NCBI RefSeq assembly: GCF_009914755.1
Contig: NC_060927.1
Source: the human T2T-CHM13v2.0 reference genome, Homo sapiens
Reading direction: 5' to 3' (one strand)
DNA length: 64,000 nt
The position numbers and the translations under genes were made by a program. The notes beneath the pieces were generated by a model that made no database searches, was not told where the DNA came from, and saw only the letters and a program-made list of their open reading frames with translations. Below, piece by piece: positions 14,150 through 29,932 of this stretch. Numbering within the stretch: the stretch's first letter is position 1; the number at the start of each line of letters is the position of its first letter.

Positions 14150-14455
14150 TGGGTTTTGGCAACACAGAGCTGGAGAGGAGGTAGGCTAATGGGTATGAAC
14201 ATACAGTTAGCCAAAGGGATAACCTCTGTTGTTTGACATTACAGTAAAGTGACCATGGTTAGTGATAATGTATTATAGATTGCAAAGTAGCTAGAAGAGA
14301 GGACTTAAATTGTTCCCAGCACATAGAAATGATCAATATTCAGTGATGGATACCCCCAAATACCCTGGCTTAATCACTACATATTCTACACATGTAAAAT
14401 ATCACACGTACCCCATAAATGTGTAAAATAGTATGTATAAATAAAAAATAAAATC
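14150..14455 (+). mobile_element. L1MA 3' end fragment
   Basis: aaagtagctagaagagaggactt...gtgatggatacccc...tatcacacgtaccccataaatgtg...aataaaaaataaaa. Confidence 0.8.
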
Positions 14456-15749
14456 TTAGCTCTTCTTCTTATGCTGAGATGAGCTTGCAAAAATCACTTT
14501 GAGCAGAAGCATCCCCACTTGTGAAGGGGGCATGACACCTTCTTCACAGAAGGGTGAAGAATATTTAAGGTGCTCATTCGTGCTTGGAGTATTATGCATG
14601 GCTCAATAAACATTTGCTGTTTTTCTGCTTTCTTTCTCATCCTGACCCTGAGATTTCTAAGTATCTTTATAAAGCAACCAGTACTCATTTCTTAGAAATT
14701 TTAGAAGGAGCCTCAACATTTTTCCAGTCTGACTTTTCTGGAATCCTTCCCACAGCTTCCCTTTCCAAGGGCCTCTGAGCCTTGGCAAAGCCCAGTCCAT
14801 GGCTTCCTTGTGAGCAGGTGGCCTATTCCACGGTAGGACAGGTCTTACCATGGTAATAATGTCACTTGCTTTTTATTTAGCTAAAATTTGACTCCCTAAA
14901 ATATTCGACCTATTTTAACCTCTAGATTCTCAATGAAGAACTAGTAAGACTTCCAGTTCCACCTCTTAATCCTTCAGCTGTTATGTAATACCAGTACCAG
15001 GCAGGGCCATCGCATAATGTAGAGCTTGGTCCAGGCGTGGCAGAGAACTTCTTAAGTGACACAAAGCAAATGAATGAATCATGCCCCTGGCAGTTGGCAA
15101 ACTTTCTAATAGGGGTGTGTTTTACTGCCTCCTGCACTCTCTAACTGCTCTTCCAACTGTGTCTTCTCCCCAGTCAACTCATCAGGACCTTTTCTCTCCC
15201 TCTCTACCAATGCTGACCTTCCTTTCCCCTTAGCCTTAGTGGATGATGGTTTCTTTATTCCTATATGGAAGACATAGCTGAGAAAGTTGATTAGGAAAAC
15301 TGTTTTTGCTAATTCCATCACATCGTGTAGGGAAAAGATAGAACTTAATTACTTAATTGCGTAACAAGTAGAGAAACACAGCAATCAGACAATAAAATGA
15401 ACAGTAGCTTTTTGCCTTAAACAATTCTTTTAAGTCTGAGCTCAATGATACACAACTAGACCATCAAATTATTTTGATATTGAGGAAAACAGAAGCTCTT
15501 TTGGATAACCCTGAATTCCAGGCTTTCAGTGGAAAAGACAAAGACACGCACTGTACACCATTAAGTACTTGGGAGACATGATTTTAACCAGGATGTAACT
15601 CAATTATATTAGTGATTTATAAAGAGTCTGGAGAAAATATTTCTTTATTTGGGCATGGGCACTGTCAGATTAAAGGTGCAGTGGTTCTAAATGCTGTTTG
15701 TTCCAGCCCTGTCTTCGATTGCAACAATGTGAGTGTCTTGTCTGTGCTG

Positions 15750-15762
15750 GTGGATTATTAAC
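15750..15762 (-). promoter_or_regulatory. Candidate HNF1 site in the TM4SF4 promoter
   Basis: GTTAATAATCCAC on - versus consensus GTTAATNATTAAC, about 100 bp upstream of the TATA box. Confidence 0.45.
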
Positions 15763-15864
15763 AGAGGTTATTGGTCTCCATGGCAAAACGATTGAATGAT
15801 TGCTCTGAACGTAATCTCATTTATGGGGGTGCAAAAAACAAAGAACTTCAGGTCAGGGAGAATG

Positions 15865-15870
15865 TATAAA
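15865..15870 (+). promoter_or_regulatory. TM4SF4: TATA box of TM4SF4
   Basis: TATAAA about 210 bp upstream of the ATG; implies a TSS near 15895 and an ATG-free 5'UTR. Confidence 0.6.
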
Positions 15871-16076
15871 TGTCCATTGCCATCGAGGTTCTGCTATTTT
15901 TGAGAAGCTGAAGCAACTCCAAGGACACAGTTCACAGAAATTTGGTTCTCAGCCCCAAAATACTGATTGAATTGGGGACAATTACAAGGACTCTCTGGCC
16001 AAAAACCCTTGAAGAGGCCCCGTGAAGGAGGCAGTGAGGAGCTTTTGATTGCTGACCTGTGTCGTACCACCCCAGA

Positions 16077-16250
16077 ATGTGCACTGGAGGCTGTGCCAGA
16101 TGCCTGGGGGGGACCCTCATTCCCCTTGCTTTTTTTGGCTTCCTGGCTAACATCCTGTTATTTTTTCCTGGAGGAAAAGTGATAGATGACAACGACCACC
16201 TTTCCCAAGAGATCTGGTTTTTCGGAGGAATATTAGGAAGCGGTGTCTTG
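16077..16250 (+). CDS. TM4SF4: Transmembrane 4 L six family member 4, coding exon 1
   Basis: MCTGGCARCLGGTLIPLAFFGFLANILLFFPGGKVIDDNDHLSQEIWFFGGILGSGVL; donor GTGAGT at 16251; 174 nt. Confidence 0.97.
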
Positions 16251-17022
16251 GTGAGTAGGGAAGCCTTAAAATCCCCCTAAGGGAGATTTTCCCTTCCCCA
16301 CAATCCTTTTTAAATCAGGTACTTATTGAACAGGGAGATATTTAGTTGGTAATAGAAGCTCAAGCATTGCATGGTGAGAGGTCAATGCCTTAATTTTTTT
16401 CTCGTTTCTGTTAGGATCTGACAAGGACACGTCAGCTAAATTTACTAAGTAATTAATCTCTAAGCTTGGGCTGACAGTTCTCATGGGTCATTTGAGTCCC
16501 ATGAACCGAAGTGAAGGTCGCATAGTTTCTTGATTCCAACAAGATAGTGCCCAAAACAATAACAACAACAAACCCACGATGCAAACCCACTAGAAAAGCA
16601 AATTGACTTAAAACCACCATGAGAAGCTGTTGTCAGTGTGGTCGTCTTCCACTTAGGACCTAATGATTTCTTTACCTCTGGTTTCCAATAGAATTGGGAA
16701 CCTCCGTTTGAGAGAGTGAAAGGGAGAGAGACTCACTCTTCATGACAATTGAGGAAAAGTTTGTTATTCTTTTTTCTAACACACCATCTAAATGGAAACT
16801 CAGATTTTGAAATCTTGCCTCATTGAAGCTGGTTAGTCAGCCCAAATGGAATCTAAGTACTCCATAACACTCCATTACCCCTCCAGCCATGCTCTGTTAC
16901 TTTGCCATTCCCTTTGGGCCTCCAAATCCCTCATTGTGGATGGGGCTCCTTATACAGTCAGGCAGGCTCGGGCCCTCCCTTCAACTCCTGGACTCTCTCT
17001 GAGGTGCCTCTTCTCCTGGTAG

Positions 17023-17112
17023 ATGATCTTCCCTGCGCTGGTGTTCTTGGGCCTGAAGAACAATGACTGCTGTGGGTGCTGCGGCAACGAGGGCTGTGGG
17101 AAGCGATTTGCG
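17023..17112 (+). CDS. TM4SF4: TM4SF4 exon 2
   Basis: ctcttctcctggtAG acceptor; [30 protein letters not shown]; donor GTGAGT; 90 nt. Confidence 0.97.
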
Positions 17113-17989
17113 GTGAGTTACCATGGGGGGCAGCTACTAGAATTACTCCAGGGTGCTCTGTGCTTTTGTGCTGGGCAGCATGGGGATGGAGACAAGTTAT
17201 CAGCTCCAGCCAGGACTCTGGGAGCAGCTGGTGAAGGGATAAAACTGTGATTTTTCCTGCCAGTGTGAAATAATAATAATTTTCCAAAATACCATAGCCC
17301 TCATACTTATAGGGTATGAATATTGTATTAGATTTTACAAACCGACAGGGATGTCAGAACTGGAGATTCAGAGGGGTCCCATATACAGAATGCAAGCCTG
17401 GAAGGCAGAGATGAAGCTGCAGCATTCCTCTGCCACTGAGAGGCCATAAGAACTTGGACAAGTCATTTCCCTTTTCTGGCCCTGAATTGCCTCATCTGCA
17501 AAGGGGACTTGGGACAGGACAAAAGATGGTATCCTCCCCTCCCCAGTAGGCTTCTAGGTTCCTCACTCACACCACTTCCATGTTCTCTATTTCTGAGGCC
17601 CAGCGCCTCTGGCTTCCACCAGGCTCTGCTTCAGGACTTCTGTTTCCTCTCTTGTTTCATGCGGCCATCGATCTTGAACTAGAGACGTTAGGCATCAAAG
17701 TTCCAGAGTGCAGTGGAAAGAATGCTGGGACATGGGGACAGGACCCATTCTGCAATTGAGCAAGTCATTCTACTGCTCTGCCTCCCTTTGCTCATGTATA
17801 AAGCAGGAAGCTGGACTAGACCAGAATTTCTCAAGTATGGGACAAGCTCTGGTGCTACACAGATGTGCTATATCTTTCCACAACATAGAATGTCATTCCC
17901 ATTCAATTCTCCTTCAATCCTTTTGAATCTATCAATCTATCAAGAAAAAGATCTTATTTTGGTAGACATAAGTCTTTCTTTTTTCTTTT

Positions 17990-18298
17990 CTGTTTTTTTT
18001 TGTTTTTGTTTTTGTTTTTTTTTTTTTTTTTTGAGACAGGGTCTCACTCTGTTTGCCCAGGCTAGATCTTGGCTCACAGCAGGCTTGAACTTCTGGGCTC
18101 AAGTGATTCTCCCACCTCAGCCTTCCAAGTAGCTGGGAGTACAAGTGTGCCACCCCACGCAGCTGATTTTTTGTATTTTTAGTAGAGACAGAGTTTGGGC
18201 ATGTTTCCTAGGCTGGTCTCAAACTCCCGGACTCAAGCAATCCGCCCACCTGAGCCTCCCAAAGTGCTGGGATTACAGGTGTGAGGCACTGTGCCCAG
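17990..18298 (-). mobile_element. Alu (J-like)
   Basis: Poly-T then gagacagggtctcactctg...cccaaagtgctgggattacagg. Confidence 0.9.
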
Positions 18299-18807
18299 TC
18301 GTCTTTACTATTTTTTACCCTTTATAATCTCCCTTTCTAACAAAGAGAGGACAAGTCTTAGGCTCCAGGAATGAATGCAACGTTGTTTAACTAAAATGCA
18401 ACTATATTGTGTTTCTATCTGCCAATGATTCTAATTTTTCATTCATATAGTGATATAAATGAACACAATGAGAGCTGACAAAAAATATTAAGAGTTAGAT
18501 ATATTGATGAGGCAGAAATGAAGCATAGTAGAACTGGAATTACTGGTCTGAAAAATGAGGAAGATCAGTTTCTCCTGTAATCTCCCATGGTTCACATGTC
18601 CACCTAAAAGATTCATGAACCACAATAATGAATTAACCACATTTACTTTAACTTCCTAAAGGGAAAGGTGCATCTATCCATTCTGAAACAGGATCCTTTT
18701 AACATTTCTTTCTTAGCATTATTTGTTCATTTATTCAATCAAAAAATATTGAGCACATGTGAAAGGCTGAGGCTGCTCCAATGTGCATACATTACAGTTT
18801 CCATGTG

Positions 18808-18820
18808 AGTTCAAAGGTCA
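18808..18820 (+). promoter_or_regulatory. Candidate DR1 nuclear-receptor element (HNF4/RXR/PPAR type)
   Basis: AGTTCA-A-AGGTCA in TM4SF4 intron 2. Confidence 0.45.
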
Positions 18821-19307
18821 AAGAAAATATAACATCATGAGTCCCAAAAAAGTATTGATGATTGTTATGTTAACATTTAAAATCATCATTTACAAAGAGT
18901 TCTTTTTAAAAAACCCACAATTTAATATAATCATGTAATATACGTTTTATATAACAAAGGATATTTTATGTAATTATAAAGGAAAAGAAGGTATTTATAA
19001 CTTATTTTCCCCTTGAATTATAATCCCATTATATGTTGTGAACTTTTGGGGGATAGAAGTTGGAGATGAGGATTTTTTTTTTAATTAGCTATTAAGAAAA
19101 TAGGATGAAAAGAAAGAAGAGTCATTTATTTTAGAAATCTAAAATTTCACACCTGGTGCTGAGTAAAAGGCTAAAGACTGGCTAATATAAAAATAAGGGA
19201 TCTTTTGTTTGCTTGATTTTTGTTTTTAGGTTTACATATAACCACAGTGAGAAGTGAGATAGCATTCTAAGTATTACACAAAACTTGGTTTTTAAAATCA
19301 GATGTAA

Positions 19308-19697
<390 letters not shown>

Positions 19698-19949
19698 TAG
19701 GATCTGAAATATTTGGGCTTCCCAATATAGGTTGTCTGTGGGGGCTGTCTAAGCCTCCATGTGGAACCTGCCCTTGGCATGAATTGAGGATAACTCCTCC
19801 AAATGACCAACTGACCATCCAAATCATGAGGCAGTGTCCATCAAAGGACCAGCTGTGCCAGATTGTAAACCAAGGCACCTAGCACGGCTGCCCTGGGCCA
19901 GGGTCGACCACATGCTGGGTAGCCAGCAGAAGGATTTCTTGTCTTTGAT

Positions 19950-20337
<388 letters not shown>

Positions 20338-20547
20338 TAAAAAATTAATCTGGCACCCCTAGCCTGCATTTTGGCACAACAGCACCCTTCACTGGGCCTG
20401 GCTGAGCTCCACAGGGCCCACCCTGGCTGCTCTACTCAGTTAGGGTCCCTTCCCTGCCCCTAAGACCATTGAGCTCATGCCCCCTGCTTCAGACTCTTGT
20501 TTGCTTAATGTTATGTTCTAAGGCTTTGGAGCATCAAACAATAATCA

Positions 20548-20715
20548 TTTCTTTTTCTTTTCTTTTCTTTTTTTTTTTTTTGAGGTTATTGGGGGGTCTC
20601 ACTATGTTGCCCAGGTTGGTCCCAAACTTCTGGAACTCCTGAACTCAAGCAATCCTCCCCACTCAGCCTCCTGAGTAGCTGGTGCTACAGGTGCTCACCA
20701 CCTCACCTGGCTAAT
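20548..20715 (-). mobile_element. Alu monomer (FLAM-like)
   Basis: Poly-T, gtctcactatgttgcccagg...ctcaagcaatcctcc...cctggcta. Confidence 0.85.
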
Positions 20716-22044
20716 CATTTCTCCAAAATGAGGTATTTGCATTTTGTCAGACAAGAAGCAAAAACTGCAGACTAATTTGGGGAGAACTAAACTGCTGAAG
20801 TTCTGAATTATTTTCCAAAGGCTCACGCATTCCCCTCCAGGCCCCAGCTCCTTCGGGGACACGGGGCTTCTGTGGAGCGCTGCAATAGGGAGCATTGCAT
20901 AGGAAGCCCTGCAGGTGGAAAGGCCTGTGAGGCAGACACAGACTGGGCCACCAGCTGCTGGGCTGAATCCTCTGTCCTCTCTACAGTCTGCTTTCTGTCA
21001 TTTATTTTCCCGGTTCCTCTCTCTCTTCTCTCATCTGCATTATATCTTTCTGGAACATTCCCCAGAGGCCAACTGCACCATTCTCTTCCCTTTCCTCGGG
21101 TAGCAAAACCAAGTAGGAGATAGGAGAAGCAGGATGTGGTGGCTGCAGAGATAAAGCAAGACAATAAGCTGGAAAGAATCTTGGATCACCTGATTCATAG
21201 TTTCTTGGTAAAGCCGAGAAAATGGCTCTCCTCTGAGGCAGAGCAAGACTGAAGCTGAGCTCCAAAGGCCTGCGCTCTTTCAAATAAATTAGGCTAAAGG
21301 AGAGCCGGGAAAAGTGAGCCCTGGAGCAAAAATAGTAAGAACCCCGGCCTGGGTTTGTTTTCAGGTCACAGCTTCTTCCTCCCAAACCCGAGATTCCCAG
21401 TGGCTTCTTGGCAGCATGTCGGTGGCTGGTCAGCATCTCTTGCCCTCTAATCCTTCTAAAAAATGGATCTCTTGGGGCGCAGTGGGGGAGCAAATTAATT
21501 TTGTCAACTCGTTTATGTTAAGTACGTATTTTATTAAGAGCCTTTTGTAAATCTTGGATTTGACTCAAAGGAGTGTCTTTAATAATGAGACCAAAGGTAG
21601 ATTGATGAGGATATGTGTTGGGTAGGCATGTATTTCACCATCCTTAAAGCATATTAGATAGATCAAGGCCCGCCCCACCCACAGGCAGGGCCAGATGATC
21701 AACCTCCCTGTTTTGAAGAAAGGTCTTGGTCAGGTCCTAATGCGGTCTGTGTGTTGTGGTCAGCACTTCTTCCCGTGCCTGGCTCATCAGTGCCCCCTAG
21801 AGACACCTCCTGAGTGAGCGTTTCTGGGGACTCCCTCTTGCAGAGGTCCTGCAGGCCAAAAGCATCCCTAATCTACCTCCTCATTCCTTGGAATGACAGC
21901 CAACTTGAGGAATATTTTAGAAAGACATTTCCTTTAGAGAAATGGAATATATTGAAAGAAAAAAAAATAAAGTATGGAATTTTATTTCTTCTTTTTTCCA
22001 GATGTTTTCTCCCTAAGCTCCTATTTTTATTCTACTTCTACATA

Positions 22045-22358
22045 TTTTATTTTATTTTTATTTATTTATATTTTGAGACAGAGTCTTGCACTGTTGCCCG
22101 GGCTGGTGTGCAAGAGGTTGGCGCGATCTCGGCTCGCTGCAACCTCCGCCTCCTGGATTCACGCGATTCTCCTGTCTCAGCCTCCCGGGTAGCTGGGATT
22201 ACAGGCGCCGGCCACCACGCCCAGCTAATTTTTTGTATTTTTAGTAGAGACTGCATTTCACTATGTTGGCCAGGCTGGTCTCAAACTTCTGACCTCTTGA
22301 TCTGCCTGCCTTAGCCTCCCAAAGTGCTGGGATTACAGTAGTGAGCCACCACGCCGGC
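22045..22358 (-). mobile_element. AluS
   Basis: Full dimer, CpG-rich, reverse orientation. Confidence 0.92.
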
Positions 22359-23744
22359 ATCTTCAGTAAATATTTTCTATGCTTCAAAATCCTCTGCTAC
22401 AAAATGGATCCTGGCAGTTACTGTCTCTCATAAGGATGTTGTAAGTTCTAGGGGAAGATTTTGCAAGCATTTGGTGTAAGGGAAGTACCAACTAAGTGCC
22501 TAGGGTATGGAGGACACATAGATCCTCAATAAGTACTTGCTGGATGGATGAAGTAAGTGAACACCTAGGAGAGGAAACGGGCTTCCATATTTATCACACT
22601 CAATCCTCACAATAACCCTGTGAATTCAGCATTAAACTCCTCATTTTATAAATGAGGAAACTGGGGCTACTGCAAGTTAAGTTTCTGACTGCCACTTCCC
22701 CCACTCCCTTCCCAAGCCTAGCACAGGCAAAAAATAGAGGATATTAATTTTTAAGAAGAAAAAACACTTCAGGTAATCTCTATTCCTCCTTACTAAGGAG
22801 GAATGTCCATGCCCTAAGGACATGCTTTGGCCAACATAAGCACCTACATGACCCCAGGACACACCATGTGTGGAGACAGCTGGGATCTGATGGTACCTGT
22901 CTGTCTCCAGAGCCCAACAGAAAGGGAGATCTTCAAGCTGGCAATTGGTGAGTTAGAGGACATATGATCTCAGGCCTTCTTATCTACTCTTTCAAGGGAA
23001 ACATTTGCAGTGTATGCTATATACATTTCTTTAACCATGTGAGCAGAATATGTGCACTGAGCAGCTGCGAGGGAATTAGCCCGTTGAATTTTTTCTCTCC
23101 AGAGTTATGCTCTCTGTATTTGTGGAAAGTAAGTGTGTGTGAGGATATGATAACAAAAATACTATAATATAATAATGACATTGATCAAGTGCTTGTTAAT
23201 GTCATGGGAAATTATCCAAACCTTGGGAACAGGAAAAATAATTCTAGGTGTCCTATCAGTGAGGCACTGGGGATTACTAGCAGCCTATCCCACGTGGGGA
23301 TGATCTGATTTTCGAGAGGTGTGTGCCTTTACTAATTAGGCTATCTTACATATTATCTGTAAGGCAGGTACTTATTAATGAGCCTTATTTTACAGAAGAA
23401 GAACTGGAATAAAAAAGATTAACTTCCCAAGATCATGAGGGAGGAACCAGAACTCAGATCCAGATCCATCTGCCTGTAATCCATACCTTTGACAACAACA
23501 CAGTAGTGTCCTTCTTCACCATTTATTCACTTAGACCAGGTAGAGTATGCCCATAGCACAAAAACCGCAAAGGAAGACTCCCTTATCTGATTCCAAAGTC
23601 TGCCAACTTCCCTCCTCAGAGGTCCCCACTATTCTCAATTACTGTCTCCTTCCAGAGATATCCCAGGACTTTTGCCTATTTACTGTAAATAATACCAATT
23701 TTGAAGTGTCTACCCTCTAATGTACTCAACTTGGTCTCAAGAAT

Positions 23745-24087
<343 letters not shown>

Positions 24088-24481
24088 TGAAGTTATTCTA
24101 TGCTGGCTTTTTGACTGATCATATCTCTAAGAATTTATTCTAGAGAATTTATCATTTTTAAGACTTCCCAATGTGAAATAACTTAAAGCAACATGACGCA
24201 GCATGTATCTTTCTTCCTGTGATTTATCCATAAAATGTGCCAAGACCCCCCTCCTTCATAGAATCTGTTTTTCTCTGTGACAACCTGGACTTTCATGAAG
24301 ACAACTCAATCTGCCATATGTCAACAAATGTTTCCAGACCACTCAGAACCTATTTCTGAAAGGGTGGTAGGTAGCATTAGAAGAAACTGCCCTAAGTGTA
24401 AGATTTCTCTTGCTCTCGTCCTAGAGTTATACTAGCTGTATCTAACTGAACAGAAATTTGGTTGGAGCATGGAGGCGGCTA

Positions 24482-24678
<197 letters not shown>

Positions 24679-24977
24679 AATTGTAGCAGTATTTTCCAAA
24701 GTGTTTTCTTACAAGGAGTCACAGGAAAAAAAAAAAAACCAAAAACTTATAGGATCCAATAAGAATGGAAAACTGCAAGTACCATGTATACTGAACTGCA
24801 GGTATAAGGCAAATCTGAACATAAAAGCATGTCTTATTTTCCCATAAAGAAACTTCAAAAAAGCTCCTTAGCCAACAATAATATATAAACTTTCAGTGAC
24901 ATAAACATATTTTAAATCATGTTATATAAAATATGAAATAATTTTAATATATTGATTGTGAACTGACATTTCTCCCA

Positions 24978-25282
24978 TTTATTTATATATTACTATTTTG
25001 AGACAGAGTCTCACTCTGTCGCCCATACTGGAGTGCAGCGGTGTGATCTCGGCTCGCTGCAACCCGTGCGTCCCATGCTGAAGCAATTCTCCCACCTCAG
25101 CCTCCTGAGTAGCTGGGACTACAGGTGCACACTACCATGCCTGGCTAATTTTTGTAGCTTTTGTAGAGATGAGGTTTTGCCATGTTGCCCAGGCTGGGCT
25201 TGAACTCCTGGGCGCAAGTGATATGCCCACCTCAGCCTCCCACAGTGCTGGGATTACAGGCTTGAGCCACTGTGCCGGGCCC
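24978..25282 (-). mobile_element. Alu (J-like)
   Basis: Full dimer, reverse orientation. Confidence 0.9.
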
Positions 25283-25564
25283 GTTTATTTTAAAATAAAT
25301 AAATATTCATGTTTCTTTTAATCAATGTCTTTGCTACTACTAAAGACACACTTTGAGCCATCAAAAGACTCCCACAGCACATCTTCTTTTCCGTTTGAGT
25401 CTGAATACAACATTTATGTGTCTATGCATGATGTTGTCAGGGAAAATTTCACCCTTAGTCACAAATATCAATTCTCATAAGACAAAGACAATGTCCAAAC
25501 ATTCCTCCTACAGGTACATATTAATGATCTCCACAATTATAAACAAGAAGTGTGCTTATTTTAG

Positions 25565-26052
<488 letters not shown>

Positions 26053-26847
26053 TAGAATACCCTTTAAACTATAACAAGGCCTAGAATACCTTGTTAACTA
26101 TAATATCCAGAACTAGGAACTATGGGTTCAACCTTTTTATAATAATTAATAAATATGTGTTAAGAAAAAATTTTTAACACAATTCTGTCATCTAACAATG
26201 ATTGAGTTGTTTCTGACTGATGTCTTCTCTAGGCAGTACTTGGTTGTTCAAAATAAAGTGTTTGAGGAAATACATTATTACCTGATAGATGAAATAAGGA
26301 CTCAACTCTAAGGTAATTCCTTCATTTCTGAGGAATAATGTGAGAGTGAATGATTTTCCTTATATTCCAGCATATGTAGTAGATTTCCTTCTCAGAAGTT
26401 TACACAAATTCATGTTTCATAAGTACTATATTTTTAGAAGTGCAGCAGGAATGAAACTTAGTTATGTAATCCAGCAATTCTCAAACTTATTCAACCTTAC
26501 ATCCTTTGGAAAAGAGATTGCCTGTTCTAACACGAGAAATTTACCAAAATGTTCACTTACTTCTGACCTAGGTTAAAGTCATGAATGTTCTGGATGCTGA
26601 GAGTGGATTTAGATACCCTAAACATAAACAATAAGGGGAAAAATCTAAACAATTAGTAATATGAAACCTTAGTCATTGAAAACATGCAACAAGTCATTAT
26701 CCAGTGCCTTTGATAAGCTAGGAAGAAGGAAAACTGTAAAACTATGCTAAGTGTGGAAAAATGCCCTATCTTCAAATAACTTATTGTCTGTGACTTCAAG
26801 GAACTTGTGCTCTATTTGGAGAAGACAGCCATAAAAAGCTAAGCATT

Positions 26848-27029
<182 letters not shown>

Positions 27030-28178
27030 CCTATGCATTATTGTATTAGAGGCATTGTGCTGTGATAGAAATTTGTGCAATCTAGAGTACAGGGGTTGGA
27101 AGAGATGAAGAATGAAGGGTCAGTTCTACAAGGAGAGTCAGACAAAGCACATGAATAGAGCTCGGTATTAAAACGTTGCATCAATCAGATGAGTTGGCAA
27201 AAGAGTTAAATTTTCTATTAAAAAGACTTTTTTTAAAAGTTGCATCCAAAATACATTGATATATGATATGAAAATGAATCCCAGCTAAAGTAGAACTCCA
27301 TTATTACATAGATTCCAATCACCCAGGCACGATCAGGTCCTCTTCACCTTCAAACCTTACCCCATCCCAGATATGTACTATGATAATATTGTTAATAACA
27401 TGAAAGGGGAAAGGGAAAATAGCCGACATTTAGCTTAAGCTGCCACGTCTAATTTTCACAACAGATATTTAAGGTGGGCTCTATCATGCCCATTTTAAGA
27501 TGATAAAACTAAGGCTCTGAGGACACATTCATTATGCAAAGTCATTACACAGAGAAGACTAGCAAAGCTGAGATATGAGCCTGGGTCTGGGTCTGCTGAC
27601 TTTAAACCCTGTGCTTCGTCATCAAAGCAACAGAGGTGATCGTTTTCTGCCTCTTCTTCCAAAATTTTAAATGTTTTCATTCTACTTTCTAGTTACTGTC
27701 TAGAATGGATATTGCAAAAGTTCTTAACATCCTGGGCCTACATTTTTTCATCCGTAAGAGGGAGTTAACCTAGCTGGGTTCCAGGATTGCTTCTGCCTTT
27801 TGCAGTCAATAATTCTATTTTGATTTTATAATTGAAAACAAAATATGGTAGTCTAATCTGTTTTTCATTAATCTCCATCATAGAAAAATATTTAAAAGAA
27901 TGGAATTTTTTGATTGTTTAACTTAAAGAAGAGAAAATGCTCCGAGGGTGGAAGGGGTGAGAGATGTCAAGGCAATCTTCAGATATTTTAAAGACTGATG
28001 CCAAATGGAAGACAGGTTAGACTTGATCTTTTTGGCCTCGAGGAACATAATGAGGGCCAATGAGGAGGGGTTCTAAACTTTTACTCTTTCTCATAAGTAG
28101 AACCTGCCTGTCACATGAGACATCACAGTGACTGGCCTTAGCAGGATAATTTGACCAGAAAACTTAAGATTACTGCCA

Positions 28179-28471
<293 letters not shown>

Positions 28472-28825
28472 GATTACGCCAATCCTAAGGTTCTTTGATT
28501 CTATAATAGATTGGCTTTATATATCAGCCCTGGGGAGGAGAGTTTATCTTTAACAAGGTTAAAAGGCCATGGCTCAAAGGTAACAGAACCAACACCTCTG
28601 TCATCAATGAAAAGGTGAAAAAGAAATGGAAATGGGAGTGAAGAAGGGAAAAGAAGACACCAAAATTCATTCTAGAAGACCCCACAGGCCCCATCTACTA
28701 TAAAGACTAGCTCCTACTCCATAACTTCTTGTAGTCACCATGTTCAACAGCAGGTGGATTAGGTTTGTTGAGTGTATCCTCTGGACCACCTGGAGAATGT
28801 GACTGTCTCTCTTCCTCTCTTTCAG

Positions 28826-28962
28826 ATGTTCACCTCCACGATATTTGCTGTGGTTGGATTCTTGGGAGCTGGATACTCGTTTATCATCTCAGCCATTTCA
28901 ATCAACAAGGGTCCTAAATGCCTCATGGCCAATAGTACATGGGGCTACCCCTTCCACGACGG
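28826..28962 (+). CDS. TM4SF4: TM4SF4 exon 3
   Basis: ctctctttcAG acceptor; MFTSTIFAVVGFLGAGYSFIISAISINKGPKCLMANSTWGYPFHD-G; donor GTAAGG; 137 nt, ends in phase 2. Confidence 0.97.
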
Positions 28963-29723
28963 GTAAGGCCACACCCTGCAATGCCCACCTGTCACCACAA
29001 GGGGCATGGGCAGATAAATTGCCCAAGGGGAGACTGCACACAATGCCATGTCTTCATCCTTATGCAAGCCTCAGGCTCGGTGCTCCTTTGAGGCAGAGAT
29101 GGAGTTGTGGAATACAGCAAAGTTGCATAGGCTCTCACCTCTAATTGCTCCTTTGACAGACCCCAGGAGAAATAACTAAAAGAGGACGGATGCCTCCTTT
29201 GGCCTGAGGGAAGGAAGAGATTTGTTGTGTCATCACTTGCACCCAAATATTTATTAGCAGCAACACAAGGCAACTAATAATATTAATAAACAGAGTAATA
29301 GTTTTCATTACAAATCTCATAATAGAAAACAAGAATAATTAACCACTAACTGGGCCCAAGGGCTTTCATTAATACCCCAAATTGCCTATAATTAAACAAT
29401 CATTTAAGTGCAAATGTACAGAAAATGACATTGAAATCATTGTAGGTTTCTCATGTTAATGTTAATAGACTCATTAAAATAACATTTCATGTTTTCATGG
29501 TACTTTGTAGATTGTAAAGACCTTTATCCCACAAATTTATAATTTAATCTTCATAGTAACCTCAAGAGGTAATTACTCTGTGCCAAGGCAGGCTTAATAA
29601 GCTTAACTAGCTTCAAAGTCACATTGTTAGTTGAGGACAGTGCCAGGGCTCAAACTCAGGACTTCTGACTTCAAGTCTTAGCCTTTCATAGTACACATCC
29701 TCCTGTCCTGCACTGACCAGGAC

Positions 29724-29932
29724 GGCACTGTTCAGTCCAGTAGCCAGCAGCCATATGGAGCTATTTAAACTCAAATTCATTTATAGAAATAAAGTTAAAA
29801 ATTCAGTTCCTTAATCACACTAGCCATATTTCAAGTACCCAGTAGCCATATAGGGTTTGTAGCTACTGTATTGAATAGCACAGATCTAGAACATTTCCAT
29901 CATGGTAAATGGATCTGTTAGGCAAAGCTGCA
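29724..29932. mobile_element. MER3-like hAT MITE
   Basis: gtagccagcagccatatggagctattt...aaaattcagttcctt...ctagccatatttcaagt...gctactgtattgaatagcacagat...aacatttccatcat. Confidence 0.75.

Noticed and set aside
21002-21493. 163-aa antisense ORF in TM4SF4 intron 2
   Set aside because: No recognisable homology or splice structure; a length reachable by chance in moderately GC-rich DNA.
21814-22314. 166-aa ORF and similar Alu-overlapping ORFs (e.g. 17713-18132, 19308-19700)
   Set aside because: Translations of antisense Alu sequence and T-rich tails.
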